Of a stretch of DNA of 64,000 nt, positions 9,791 to 19,557 are shown piece by piece. Numbering within the stretch: the stretch's first letter is position 1; each line of letters opens with the position of its first letter. The translations under genes were made by a program, and so were the position numbers. Source of the stretch: Thermodesulfobacteriota bacterium (GTDB lineage Bacteria > Desulfobacterota_D > UBA1144 > Nemesobacterales > CSP1-2); the NCBI GenBank assembly GCA_035559815.1, contig DATMAT010000028.1:132-64131 (forward strand), written 5' to 3'. Under the pieces are notes generated by a model. That model did no database searches and was not told the origin of the DNA. It saw nothing but the letters and a program-made list of their open reading frames with translations.

Positions 9791-10309
9791 CTAAAAATTG
9801 AGTTGCTGTTTATAGGTTTTCAAGTACTCCACGTAATTTCGTGCCGATTGCCTTATTTGCTCGACTTCATTCGGCCTAATCTCTCGTTTAATCCTGGCCG
9901 GTACACCCATGACCACAACGCCGGAAGGTACTCTGGAACCAGGAGGAACCACACTTCCTGACCCAATCACCACATTCTCCTCTATCATAGCTCCGTCCAG
10001 GACTATAGCACCGATCCCGATGAGGACGTTGTTTCCTATCGTGCATCCATGAAGCACGGCTCTATGGCCCACGGTTACTTCATCTCCGATCACCAAAGGA
10101 TGCTTGCCCTTGGTAACATGTAGGACACAACTATCCTGGATGTTGGTCCTATCGCAAATGCGAATGTAATTTACGTCCCCCCTTACCACGGTCTGGAACC
10201 ATATGCTCGATTCCTGGCCCAAGGAAACATCCCCTATAACTTGGGCGCTATCGGCCACAAAGGCTGTCTCATGCACGCTGGGATGAACTCCCTTATACGG
10301 TTTGATCAT
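9791..10309 (-). CDS. gamma-class carbonic anhydrase family / hexapeptide-repeat protein (YrdA/PaaY-like)
   Basis: 172 aa. It has left-handed beta-helix hexapeptide repeats and the conserved His pattern (VLHV, GHRAVLHG). Confidence 0.85.
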   Translation of the reverse strand: MIKPYKGVHPSVHETAFVADSAQVIGDVSLGQESSIWFQTVVRGDVNYIRICDRTNIQDSCVLHVTKGKHPLVIGDEVTVGHRAVLHGCTIGNNVLIGIGAIVLDGAMIEENVVIGSGSVVPPGSRVPSGVVVMGVPARIKREIRPNEVEQIRQSARNYVEYLKTYKQQLNF

Positions 10310-10321
10310 AAAAACCCATGC

Positions 10322-12397
10322 CTAAGACTCTTTTTCTTTTGCTGATTCTTCCACGATTTTGGCAGATAGATGGCTAGGTACCTCCTCATAGTGAGAGAAC
10401 TCCATACTGAACATGCCTCTACCGCTGGTGATAGAGCGTAGCTCCGGTGCATAGGAAAGGATTTCAGCCATGGGAACTAAGGCTTTTACTAAGTGCCCGC
10501 CGGCCTGAGGCTCGACACCGGATACCTTCCCCCTTCTGGCATTAATGTCGCCTATGACGTCTCCTAAACAATCCTCCGGGGTAAATACCTCCATACTCAT
10601 GATCGGCTCTAGAAGAATTGGTTGAGCCATTTCCATAGCCTTCTTGAATCCCATCGAGCCGGCGATTTGAAAGGCGATATCCGACGAATCCACCGGATGA
10701 TACTTTCCGTCAAAAAGTGTCACTTTCAAATCCACTACCGGGTAACCGGCCAGGACACCCTTTTTCATAGCCTCCCTCACACCCTTTTCTACGGAGGGAA
10801 TATAGTTTTTGGGAATTACGCCACCCACAATCCGGTCGACGAATTCATAGCCTGCTCCGGTGGGCAGGGGCTCGATTTCCAGCCATGCATCCCCATATTG
10901 TCCCCTCCCTCCGGTCTGCTTTATGTATTTTCCCTCTGCCTTTGCCGATTTTTTTACCGTTTCTTTATAGGGGACTTTAGGGGTTTTTAGCTCGACATTA
11001 ACTCCGTAGGTGTTTTTAAGCTTATCTACCGTAACCTCTATATGCACCTGTCCGGTCCCGGAAAGGAGGAATTCCTTTGTCTCATCGTCCCTTCGGAATT
11101 GAATGGCGGGGTCTTCTTCGACTATCCTGTTTAACGAGGCCATCAGCTTATCCTCGTCGGACCGGGCTTTTGGCTGTATAGCATAAGACATAACGGCTTG
11201 GGGAATAGGTATAGGAGGAATAACTATGGGGTTTCCTTCATCGCAAAGTGTATCTCCGGTTTGTACATCTTTAAGCTTGTTGACTGCAACTATATCCCCA
11301 AAGTAAGCCGGGCTTAGCGGAAACTGTTTTTTTCCTACTATCCTGAACAACTGCCCTATTCTCTCGCGTGAATTTTTGGTGGAGTTAAAAAGCGTCGAAT
11401 CGGCTTTAAGCATACCTGAGTACAATCTAAGAACACTCATTTTCCCAGCATATGGGTCGGATATAGTCTTGAAGGTAATGGCGGAAACCGGTTCCTCCAG
11501 TTTTGGCTGCCTCTCTATGTCTTCCCCCTTTAAGCTCTGCCCCTTGACCGGAGGTCTCTCCAGCGGCGAGGGTAAATAGCGATGAATAGCGTCCATGAGA
11601 ATGTTTACTCCCATAAGCTTTACCGCAGATCCAACCACGACTGGAACTACCCTTGAGCTAAGCACACCTTCCCTTACCATTTTATGAATGGTTTCCTTAT
11701 CGATGTTCTCCCCGTTAAGATATTTTTCGAGTAATTCGTCGTCCATCTCTGCTATAGACTCGAGTAGCCTTTCTCTCCATAAGCCTCCGCTTTTTTCCAG
11801 GTCGTTTGGTATTTTATCCTCTCTGTACTTTCCTCCATCGTCGTAGAGATAAGCCTTCATCTCTATCAAATCTACTATGCCCCTGAAGCTCTCCTCTTCA
11901 CCTATGGGAATGGTAATGGGCACAGGGGTTATCTCCAAGTCCTTCTCAATATCAGCAATAGCGTTCTCAAAATTTGCCCTTTCCCTATCGAGCTTATTGA
12001 CGAAGAGTAACCGGGGGATGCCCAAATCCGCTGCCATCTGCCAGAACTTTTCCGTCTGCCCCTTGACCCCGGTAATCGCGCTCACTATTACGATAACTCC
12101 ATCCACCACCCTGAGTCCGCTTTCAGTTTCGAATAGAAAATTGGCGAATCCGGGCGTGTCTACCAAATTAAGGAGATAGTCATTCCACTCGGTAAAAGCG
12201 ACGTGGCAGTTAATCGACATTTTCCGCTTCTTTTCCTCAGTCTCATAATCCAGAACGGAAGAACCGTCATCGACTTTTCCTAACTTTTCAGTAGCACCCC
12301 CTAGATAGAGCATCGCCTCGCAAAGAGAGGTCTTTCCGGCACCGTGATGCGCAATTATAGCCACGTTTCTCACGTGCTCTCGGTCATACTCTTTCAT
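10322..12397 (-). CDS. elongation factor G-like GTPase paralogue with a divergent G domain
   Basis: 691 aa with the five-domain EF-G layout. G1 is AHHGAGKTS, G3 is DTPGFANF and G4 is NKLD. It is not in a str-operon context. A GGGGGAG SD is present. Confidence 0.85.
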   Translation of the reverse strand: MKEYDREHVRNVAIIAHHGAGKTSLCEAMLYLGGATEKLGKVDDGSSVLDYETEEKKRKMSINCHVAFTEWNDYLLNLVDTPGFANFLFETESGLRVVDGVIVIVSAITGVKGQTEKFWQMAADLGIPRLLFVNKLDRERANFENAIADIEKDLEITPVPITIPIGEEESFRGIVDLIEMKAYLYDDGGKYREDKIPNDLEKSGGLWRERLLESIAEMDDELLEKYLNGENIDKETIHKMVREGVLSSRVVPVVVGSAVKLMGVNILMDAIHRYLPSPLERPPVKGQSLKGEDIERQPKLEEPVSAITFKTISDPYAGKMSVLRLYSGMLKADSTLFNSTKNSRERIGQLFRIVGKKQFPLSPAYFGDIVAVNKLKDVQTGDTLCDEGNPIVIPPIPIPQAVMSYAIQPKARSDEDKLMASLNRIVEEDPAIQFRRDDETKEFLLSGTGQVHIEVTVDKLKNTYGVNVELKTPKVPYKETVKKSAKAEGKYIKQTGGRGQYGDAWLEIEPLPTGAGYEFVDRIVGGVIPKNYIPSVEKGVREAMKKGVLAGYPVVDLKVTLFDGKYHPVDSSDIAFQIAGSMGFKKAMEMAQPILLEPIMSMEVFTPEDCLGDVIGDINARRGKVSGVEPQAGGHLVKALVPMAEILSYAPELRSITSGRGMFSMEFSHYEEVPSHLSAKIVEESAKEKES

Positions 12398-12509
12398 CGG
12401 AACTCCCCCTGGGCAGGTTTTTTACTATTATAGAATGATAAGTTGTAGTTTGTAAAGCTTCTTCAGGAAAAGAGTTGTCTAAGAAGCACAACTCAGCAAG
12501 GGAAAAATC

Positions 12510-12722
12510 TTAGGATGCTTGGTTTTCTTTGTATTTCTTCTTGAATCTTTCCACCCTGCCCCTGGATTCGGCAGTTCTTTCCTTTCCGGTGTAGAAAGGA
12601 TGGCAGTTAGAGCATATTTCCACCGTAAAATTTTCTAGGCGTGTTGACCTGGTCTTGTAAGTTGCACCGCAGGCACAGGTAACAACGACTTCTTTATACT
12701 GTGGATGGATATTCTGCTTCAT
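12510..12722 (-). CDS. rpmE: 50S ribosomal protein L31 (Zn-ribbon type)
   Basis: The sequence reads [27 protein letters not shown]...[11 protein letters not shown]. The ATG at 12722 is preceded by GGAGG at a 7-nt spacing. The track's upstream start at 12740 is unlikely. Confidence 0.9.
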   Translation of the reverse strand: MKQNIHPQYKEVVVTCACGATYKTRSTRLENFTVEICSNCHPFYTGKERTAESRGRVERFKKKYKENQAS

Positions 12723-12916
12723 TACGATACCTCCAATCATTGAATAGGTCTGTGTAAACTCGCTACATCAGGGAGAAGGAATAGTTAAGAGCACTGATAC
12801 CACGACCGAAAAAATTTAACATCGAAAACACCTCTAGGCAAGCTAAAACTAAAAGCAGCTTACCGATCATCTATAAGTCGTCCTTTACTGAAGCTCAAGA
12901 ACCGCGGATGCCTTGA

Positions 12917-14839
12917 TTATTTCTCGGTAAACTCGGCGTCAATCACGTCATCGCCGCCTTCTTTCTTACGTGCCTCGCCCGCCTGAGCCCCGGAGTCGCC
13001 AGTTTGTTCGGCAGCACCCTCTTTCCCGCCACCAGCTGCCTGCTTGTACATTAACTCCGCTATCTTGTGCGAAGCAGTCGTGATCCTGTCTGTAGCCCTC
13101 TGGATTTCACTCAAGTCTTCTCCCTTGACCGCTTTCTTTCCTTGCTCGAGCGCGTCCTCGAGCTCGCTCTTCTCGCTCTCAGAGAGCTTATCCTTGAATT
13201 CCTTGAAGCTTTTTTCCGTCCTGTAGATCAAGTCATCGAGCTTATTTCTATTCTCGACCAGTTCGCGCCTACTCTTGTCCTCCTCGGCTCGCTCTTCGGC
13301 TTCTCTCACCATCTTGTCGATCTGCTCCTTGGTTAAACCGCTTGACGCTTCCACCCTTATTTTCTGTTCTTTTTGAGTGGCCAAGTCTTTTGCAGATACG
13401 TGGAGAATACCGTCGGCATCAATATCAAAGGTGACTTCTACCTGGGGTATTCCCCTCGGTGACGGTGGAATACCGTCAAGTATGAATCTAGCCAATGTCC
13501 TATTATCACGAGCCATGGGCCGTTCTCCTTGTAGTACGTGTATCTCGACCGAGGTCTGGTTGTCCTCGGCTGTGGTAAAAACCTGGCTCTTTTTCGTAGG
13601 TATGGTGGTGTTCCTTGCGATAATAGTAGTCATAACACCGCCTAGGGTCTCGATCCCAAGCGAGAGCGGTGTAACATCCAGGAGAAGCACATCCCTCACC
13701 TCACCGCCGAGAACGGCGCCCTGTATGGCCGCCCCCACCGCTACGACCTCATCCGGGTTTATGCCTTTGTGCGGCTCTTTACCAAAGAAATCGGTTACCA
13801 CCTTGTTTACCAGCGGTATCCTAGTAGAGCCTCCCACAAATATGACCTCATCGATGTTGTTCGCCTTGAGACCGGCGTCCTTCAATGCTTGTCGGCAAGG
13901 CTCCAAGGTCCCCAGTATTAGGTCCTCGATAAGTTGCTCGAACTTAGAACGGGTCAGCTTCATGATGAGATGTCTTGGACCGGCGGCATCCGCGGTGATA
14001 AAGGGAAGGTTGATTTCGGTCTCGAGGGTCGTGGAAAGCTCTATTTTAGCCTTCTCCGCCGCTTCCCTTAGCCTTTGCAATGCCATTTTATCTCGACTTA
14101 AATCAATTCCAGATTCTTTCTTGAATTCATCGATCAAGTAATCCATAATCCTTCTGTCAAAATCGTCTCCCCCAAGGTGGGTATCACCATTTGTAGATTT
14201 CACTTCTATGACGTTATCTCCAACCTCCAGTATAGAGATATCAAATGTTCCGCCTCCCAAGTCGTAAACCGCTATGGTCCCTTCTTTTTTCTTGTCGAAC
14301 CCGTATGCCAAGGCTGCCGCAGTAGGCTCGTTTATTATCCTCCTCACATTCAACCCGGCAATTTTACCGGCATCCTTGGTAGCTTGTCTCTGGCTATCGT
14401 TAAAGTATGCGGGTACAGTTATTACCGCTTCGGTTACCTCTTCACCCAGATAGGTCTCTGCGGCTTTTTTGAGCTTCATCAAAACATGAGCAGAAATCTG
14501 TGGAGGGGAATACTGCTTCCCCATCGCCTCTACCCAGGCGTCACCGTTCGGGGCTTTAACCACTTTATAGGGAAGACGCTTCGCTTCATCTACCGCCTCA
14601 TCGTACCTTCTCCCCATCAGTCTCTTGACCGAGAATACAGTGTTCTCGGGATTAACCACGGCTTGCCTCTTAGCCGGCCCCCCCACCAATATCTCGCCGT
14701 CCTTAGCAAAAGCTACAATAGAAGGTGTGAGTCTAGAACCCTCCTCATTTATCAGCACCTTCGGCTCTCCGCCTTCTACTATTGCCACAACTGAATTTGT
14801 AGTTCCAAGGTCTATTCCAATAATCTTTTTGCTAGCCAT
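12917..14839 (-). CDS. dnaK: molecular chaperone DnaK (canonical, 640 aa)
   Basis: It carries the full Hsp70 motif set and the typical C-terminal tail ...[13 protein letters not shown]. It starts 20 nt downstream of rpoH. Confidence 0.95.
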   Translation of the reverse strand: MASKKIIGIDLGTTNSVVAIVEGGEPKVLINEEGSRLTPSIVAFAKDGEILVGGPAKRQAVVNPENTVFSVKRLMGRRYDEAVDEAKRLPYKVVKAPNGDAWVEAMGKQYSPPQISAHVLMKLKKAAETYLGEEVTEAVITVPAYFNDSQRQATKDAGKIAGLNVRRIINEPTAAALAYGFDKKKEGTIAVYDLGGGTFDISILEVGDNVIEVKSTNGDTHLGGDDFDRRIMDYLIDEFKKESGIDLSRDKMALQRLREAAEKAKIELSTTLETEINLPFITADAAGPRHLIMKLTRSKFEQLIEDLILGTLEPCRQALKDAGLKANNIDEVIFVGGSTRIPLVNKVVTDFFGKEPHKGINPDEVVAVGAAIQGAVLGGEVRDVLLLDVTPLSLGIETLGGVMTTIIARNTTIPTKKSQVFTTAEDNQTSVEIHVLQGERPMARDNRTLARFILDGIPPSPRGIPQVEVTFDIDADGILHVSAKDLATQKEQKIRVEASSGLTKEQIDKMVREAEERAEEDKSRRELVENRNKLDDLIYRTEKSFKEFKDKLSESEKSELEDALEQGKKAVKGEDLSEIQRATDRITTASHKIAELMYKQAAGGGKEGAAEQTGDSGAQAGEARKKEGGDDVIDAEFTEK

Positions 14840-14859
14840 TATTCCCTCTCCTTGAAAAT

Positions 14860-15723
14860 TTATATTTGTACATCGCTATTCAGATGGTTCTCGATAACTC
14901 CGCGAAGCTTTTTTAGCGCCTGGGTTTCGATCTGACGCACCCTTTCCTTGGAAATATCGAGCTCCTCGCCCAGGTCTTTGAGTTTGATGTTTGGTATAGT
15001 CAGGTATCTTTTCTCGATTACATACCGTTCTCTAGGGGACAGATGGTCAAGGCCATCCTGAAGGCCTTTCTGCATCAGTTCTTTTGTTTGCACTGATTCG
15101 ATTACCTCCTCATGGTTAGGTCGATAATCGGATATCGAATCGAGATAAGTAATATTCTGATCTTCACTAGATGCCTGATCGAGAGAAAAATCCCTCGATG
15201 CCATTCTCATTTCCATACCTATCACATCGTCCTCTTTAACCCCAAACAAATCAGCCAGTCTACTCCAGTTTTTACCGTCTAGCTCTTCTCCTTCATCTAT
15301 TTTTAATTGTTTCTTTCCCCTACCGAGCTTCTGAAAGAGTTTTCTTTGTGCCTGAGTAGTGCCGATCTTTACCAGGCTCCACGACCTCATGATAAAATTA
15401 TGTATCCTCGCCCTAATCCACCAAACTGCATATGATATCAGTCTATAACCTTTATACGGATTGAACTTCTTTACCGCCTGCATCAATCCCACTGCACCCT
15501 CTTGAATCAAATCAACTAACGGGAACCCATAAGATACGTATTCAGAAGCTATCTTGACCACAAATCTAAGGTTCGAAACCACGAGCCTTCTTGCAGAATC
15601 ATAGTCCTTTTCTTCATAGTACTTCACCGCCAGCGCCCTTTCCTCCTCACGGCTAAGCACCGGATAATTCTCCACTTCCTTCAAAAAGATAGTTAAAGAA
15701 TCCCTTACCGCAATCTCTCGCAT
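14860..15723 (-). CDS. rpoH: RNA polymerase sigma-32 (heat-shock sigma factor RpoH)
   Basis: Sigma-70 regions 2-4 are present. An RpoH-box-like segment, [14 protein letters not shown], is followed by ...[22 protein letters not shown]. It is 287 aa long. Confidence 0.85.
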   Translation of the reverse strand: MREIAVRDSLTIFLKEVENYPVLSREEERALAVKYYEEKDYDSARRLVVSNLRFVVKIASEYVSYGFPLVDLIQEGAVGLMQAVKKFNPYKGYRLISYAVWWIRARIHNFIMRSWSLVKIGTTQAQRKLFQKLGRGKKQLKIDEGEELDGKNWSRLADLFGVKEDDVIGMEMRMASRDFSLDQASSEDQNITYLDSISDYRPNHEEVIESVQTKELMQKGLQDGLDHLSPRERYVIEKRYLTIPNIKLKDLGEELDISKERVRQIETQALKKLRGVIENHLNSDVQI

Positions 15724-15888
15724 CTCTTTATATTACCTCTTTATAATCCGAAGTTAATCATCAATAGGAGAAAGTCAAGGGTTAATTGGTCAGAATTTCT
15801 AATGAAAAGAGCATAATGCGCTTCTAATTGATGGAATGTGCGGGTAAGTATGGTCTATATTGCTCGATATTAAGAATCTTAACTTTAC

Positions 15889-17055
15889 TTAACTTCCCAG
15901 AGCGGCATTGACCGCCTTAGAGGCTGCCTCGCGCATATCCGCACCGGTGGCGATGTTCAAACCGGATTCGGCGAGCATTTTTCTTCCAAGCTCGACGTTG
16001 GTCCCCTCTAACCTCACCACTAGCGGAACCCCTATTCCTACCTCCTTGGCCGCCGTAATAATCCCCGTGGCTATGGTATCGCACTTCATGATGCCACCGA
16101 ATATATTCACAAAAACGGCCTTAACGTGCGGGTCACTGAGTATCATCTTGAAAGCTTGAGTTACCTGCTCGGCGCTGGCCCCACCGCCAACATCCAAGAA
16201 GTTGGCCGGCTCACCTCCATGATGCTTGATGATATCCATCGTAGCCATGGCCAACCCCGCACCATTCACCAGGCAACCAATGTTTCCGTCCAGCTTTACG
16301 TAACTGATTCCCCATTTCTTTGCTTCAAGCTCCATCGGGTTCTCTTCATTCGGGTCACGGAGTTTTTCCACCTCAGGATGACGGTAAAGGGCATTGTCAT
16401 CAAAGTTAAGTTTAGCATCAAGCGCAAGTATTTCCCCCTCACCGGTTACGACGAGCGGGTTCATTTCTGCTAATGAACAATCGTTTTCCACAAAAGCCCT
16501 ATATAAAGATGAGATAAAGCTCGTCGCTTTATTCACGACCTTCCCGTTTAGTCTCAAAAAATAGGCGATCTTCCTGGTGTTGAACGGGAGTAGTCCGGTG
16601 GCCGGGTCTATATATTCTTTTAATATCTTATCCGGGCTAGTCCTGGCTATTTCTTCGATCTCTACTCCGCCTTCAGAACTGGCCATAATGACTATTCTTT
16701 CCTGAGCCCTATCTATAACCATACCCAGGTACATCTCTCTTTCTATCTGTGATGCTTCCTCTACCAGCACCTTGCCGACGATCTTCCCATCTGGTCCGGT
16801 TTGTTGCGTAACCAATCGCATGCCCAGCATTTCAGACGCGATTTGCCTTACTTCAGAAGGAGTTGTTGCCAGCTTGACCCCTCCCCCCTTGCCCCTTCCG
16901 CCTGCATGGATCTGGGCTTTCACCACGAATTTTTGGCAATTAAGGTCTTTTGCGATCTGTTCCGCTTCATCCGCATTAAAAGCCACCTTACCCGTAGGAA
17001 CCCTGACGCCATATCGTGACAGTAGGTCTTTGGCCTGATATTCATGAATGTTCAA
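15889..17055 (-). CDS. sucC: succinyl-CoA synthetase (ADP-forming) beta subunit
   Basis: The sequence runs (M)[19 protein letters not shown]... through the ATP-grasp and ligase-CoA domains. I place the start at the TTG at 17055, 9 nt after GGAGGA. The track's start at 17076 lies inside the SD. Confidence 0.9.
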   Translation of the reverse strand: MNIHEYQAKDLLSRYGVRVPTGKVAFNADEAEQIAKDLNCQKFVVKAQIHAGGRGKGGGVKLATTPSEVRQIASEMLGMRLVTQQTGPDGKIVGKVLVEEASQIEREMYLGMVIDRAQERIVIMASSEGGVEIEEIARTSPDKILKEYIDPATGLLPFNTRKIAYFLRLNGKVVNKATSFISSLYRAFVENDCSLAEMNPLVVTGEGEILALDAKLNFDDNALYRHPEVEKLRDPNEENPMELEAKKWGISYVKLDGNIGCLVNGAGLAMATMDIIKHHGGEPANFLDVGGGASAEQVTQAFKMILSDPHVKAVFVNIFGGIMKCDTIATGIITAAKEVGIGVPLVVRLEGTNVELGRKMLAESGLNIATGADMREAASKAVNAALGS

Positions 17056-17089
17056 ATCGGTGCTTCCTCCTGGCAAAAAAGCGTCTTAT

Positions 17090-17830
17090 TCATAAGTTGC
17101 CGTTACTCCTTAGCTTCCGGAGTAACCAGTTTATAGGGTCAAAATATTTATCGGCGACCCTTTCTTTAAGCGGTATAATGGCATTATCGGTAATATGTAT
17201 ATGCTCGGGGCAGACCTCGGTACAGCATTTGGTGATGTTGCAATAGCCCACGCCTGCCTCCTTTCTCAGCATGGCCGAGCGGTCTAGTGTATCGAGCGGG
17301 TGCATCTCCAGCTCGGCGATCTTTATCATGAAACGCGGCCCGAAAAAGGCGTCGTTTTTATGATGATTCCTCAAGATGTGACACACATTCTGGCACAGGA
17401 AACACTCTATACACTTCCTGAATTCCTGAATACGGTCTATATCCTCCTGATACATTCTCCAATCCGTATCCTTAGGCGGGGTAAAGGGAGGGATCTTCTT
17501 GTGTGTCTGGTAATTCCACTTGACGTCCGTGACCAAGTCCTTTACTACCGGAAAAGCCTTCATCGGATAGACAGTTATAGGCTCTCCCTGCGGAAGGCTA
17601 TCTATCCTGGTCTTGCAGGTTAAGCGTGGCTTGCCATTCACTTCGGCACTGCAAGAACCACACTTAGCCGCCTTACAGTTCCAGCGCACTGCCAAGTCAC
17701 CATCATAATTTGCCTGTATATAATGGAGGGCGTCGAGGACAACCATTCCTTCATCCACGGGCACCTTATAATCTTTTTCTTCTCCGCCTTGGGCATCCCC
17801 ACGAAATACTCTCAAAATGACGTCGGCCAT
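17090..17830 (-). CDS. sdhB: succinate dehydrogenase / fumarate reductase iron-sulfur subunit
   Basis: The 2Fe-2S segment is WNCKAAKCGSCSAEVNGKPRLTC, and CIECFLCQNVC and CTEVCPEHI clusters are also present. Its start overlaps the sdhA stop by 1 nt. Confidence 0.9.
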   Translation of the reverse strand: MADVILRVFRGDAQGGEEKDYKVPVDEGMVVLDALHYIQANYDGDLAVRWNCKAAKCGSCSAEVNGKPRLTCKTRIDSLPQGEPITVYPMKAFPVVKDLVTDVKWNYQTHKKIPPFTPPKDTDWRMYQEDIDRIQEFRKCIECFLCQNVCHILRNHHKNDAFFGPRFMIKIAELEMHPLDTLDRSAMLRKEAGVGYCNITKCCTEVCPEHIHITDNAIIPLKERVADKYFDPINWLLRKLRSNGNL

Positions 17831-19557
17831 TATTTGTCCTCCGCGATAATCCTTTTGAGTTCTTCCGGCATCTCCGGTAACGGAGATACCCCAATCCTCA
17901 TGGACTCACCGTCTTTAGTAATGACTGAATTAACCTTGCCCCATTTATAGTCGTCCGTATTTGGATAGTCCACACGAGAGTGAGCCCCCCTGCTCTCTTG
18001 GCGCTGTAGCGCACTTTTAGCAATCGCCTCCGATATGATGAGCATAGACTTCAGGTCCCGGCACAGGTGCCATCCCGGATTGTAAAGCCGGGTGCCCTCA
18101 ATTTTCAGATGTGACGCCCGCTCCTTTAACTTCTCCAGCTCGTTAATACCATGCTTGAGACCCTCGTCAATCCTAAAAACACCAAAATAGTTCTGCATCA
18201 CATCCTGTAATGTGCTGTGGACGGTGTATGGGTTCTCTCCGTGGGCATTCTCGAACGGCCTGAGCATCTCCCTAGCCGCCTGCTCCAACTCGTCCTCGTT
18301 GATTTTGAGCGAGTCCCCGTTAATCTCATTGGCATACTGTGCGGCTCCCAATCCAGCCCGTCTCCCGAATACAAGGAGATCGGAGAGGGAATTCCCTCCC
18401 AACCGATTGGCACCGTGCATTCCTCCTGCCACCTCTCCGGCAGCAAAAAGTCCGGGCACCGTGCTAGCCCCATTCTCTGCTTGGACACGTACACCCCCCA
18501 TCATGTAATGGGTAGTAGGTCCTACCTCCATTGGGCCTTTGGTTATATCTATATCGGCAAACTCCATGAACTGATGATACATACTAGGTAGTTTTCTCTT
18601 TATGTATTCCGGACCCTTATGAGATATATCGAGGAACGCCCCGCCGTGCGGAGAACCTCGACCCTCTTTCACCTCGGTGTAAATGGACCTGGCCACGACG
18701 TCACGGGTAGATAGCTCCATTTTCTGGGGGTCGTATCTTTCCATGAACCGCTCGCCCTTCGAGTTTGTGAGAATCCCTCCCTCCCCTCTAACCGCTTCCG
18801 TCACCAGTATTCCCTTCACGCTTGGCGGCCAAACCATGCCGGTGGGGTGGAATTGAACAAATTCCATATCTATGAGTTCCGCCCCTGCCTCATAGGCCAG
18901 TGCATGGCCGTCGCCCGTATACTCCCATGAATTGGAAGTGATTTTATATGCTTTCCCGATTCCGCCTGTTGCTAAAACCACTGATTTTGACTTAAAAACC
19001 ACGAATCTTCCGCTTTCCCTCCAGTATCCAAAAGCCCCGGCGATGCGCTCCCCGTCCTTGAGGAGATGGGTAATCGTACATTCCATATATACATCCATGC
19101 CGGAGTGTATGCCTTTTTCCTGGAGCGTACGTATCATCTCCAGGCCGGTGCGGTCGCCGACGTGGCATAGCCTTTTCCAGGAATGTCCACCAAAGGCACG
19201 CTGCATTATACGTCCGTCGTTAGTGCGGTCAAATAGAGCACCCCACATCTCTAGCTCCTTGACCCGGTCTGGAGCTTCCTGGGCATGGATTTGAGCCATA
19301 CGCCAGTTGTTGAGCATCTTGCCTCCCTTCATCGTATCCCGAAAATGGACCTGCCAGTTGTCCTTCACATCGACGTTAGCAAGGGCTGCAGCAATTCCTC
19401 CCTCCGCCATTACCGTATGTGCTTTTCCCAAAAGCGATTTACAGACCAAACCTACAGATGCCCCCTGGGCGGAAGCCTCGATCGCTGCCCTGAGCCCGGC
19501 GCCTCCTGCACCTATAACTATCACATCGTGCACATGTGTCTCGTACTTCTCCATCAT
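17830..19557 (-). CDS. sdhA: succinate dehydrogenase / fumarate reductase flavoprotein subunit
   Basis: The FAD motif is VIVIGAGGAGLRAA. The HPTG, RGEGG and GGNSLSDLLVFG motifs are present. 575 aa. Confidence 0.93.
   Translation of the reverse strand: MMEKYETHVHDVIVIGAGGAGLRAAIEASAQGASVGLVCKSLLGKAHTVMAEGGIAAALANVDVKDNWQVHFRDTMKGGKMLNNWRMAQIHAQEAPDRVKELEMWGALFDRTNDGRIMQRAFGGHSWKRLCHVGDRTGLEMIRTLQEKGIHSGMDVYMECTITHLLKDGERIAGAFGYWRESGRFVVFKSKSVVLATGGIGKAYKITSNSWEYTGDGHALAYEAGAELIDMEFVQFHPTGMVWPPSVKGILVTEAVRGEGGILTNSKGERFMERYDPQKMELSTRDVVARSIYTEVKEGRGSPHGGAFLDISHKGPEYIKRKLPSMYHQFMEFADIDITKGPMEVGPTTHYMMGGVRVQAENGASTVPGLFAAGEVAGGMHGANRLGGNSLSDLLVFGRRAGLGAAQYANEINGDSLKINEDELEQAAREMLRPFENAHGENPYTVHSTLQDVMQNYFGVFRIDEGLKHGINELEKLKERASHLKIEGTRLYNPGWHLCRDLKSMLIISEAIAKSALQRQESRGAHSRVDYPNTDDYKWGKVNSVITKDGESMRIGVSPLPEMPEELKRIIAEDK

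Noticed and set aside
13377-14794. Two long plus-strand ORFs (254 aa and 205 aa) antisense to the canonical dnaK
   Set aside because: They lie wholly inside a very strong minus-strand Hsp70 gene. Their translations are Ser/Pro/Thr-rich with no motif. Long antisense frames opposite dnaK are a known codon-bias artefact.
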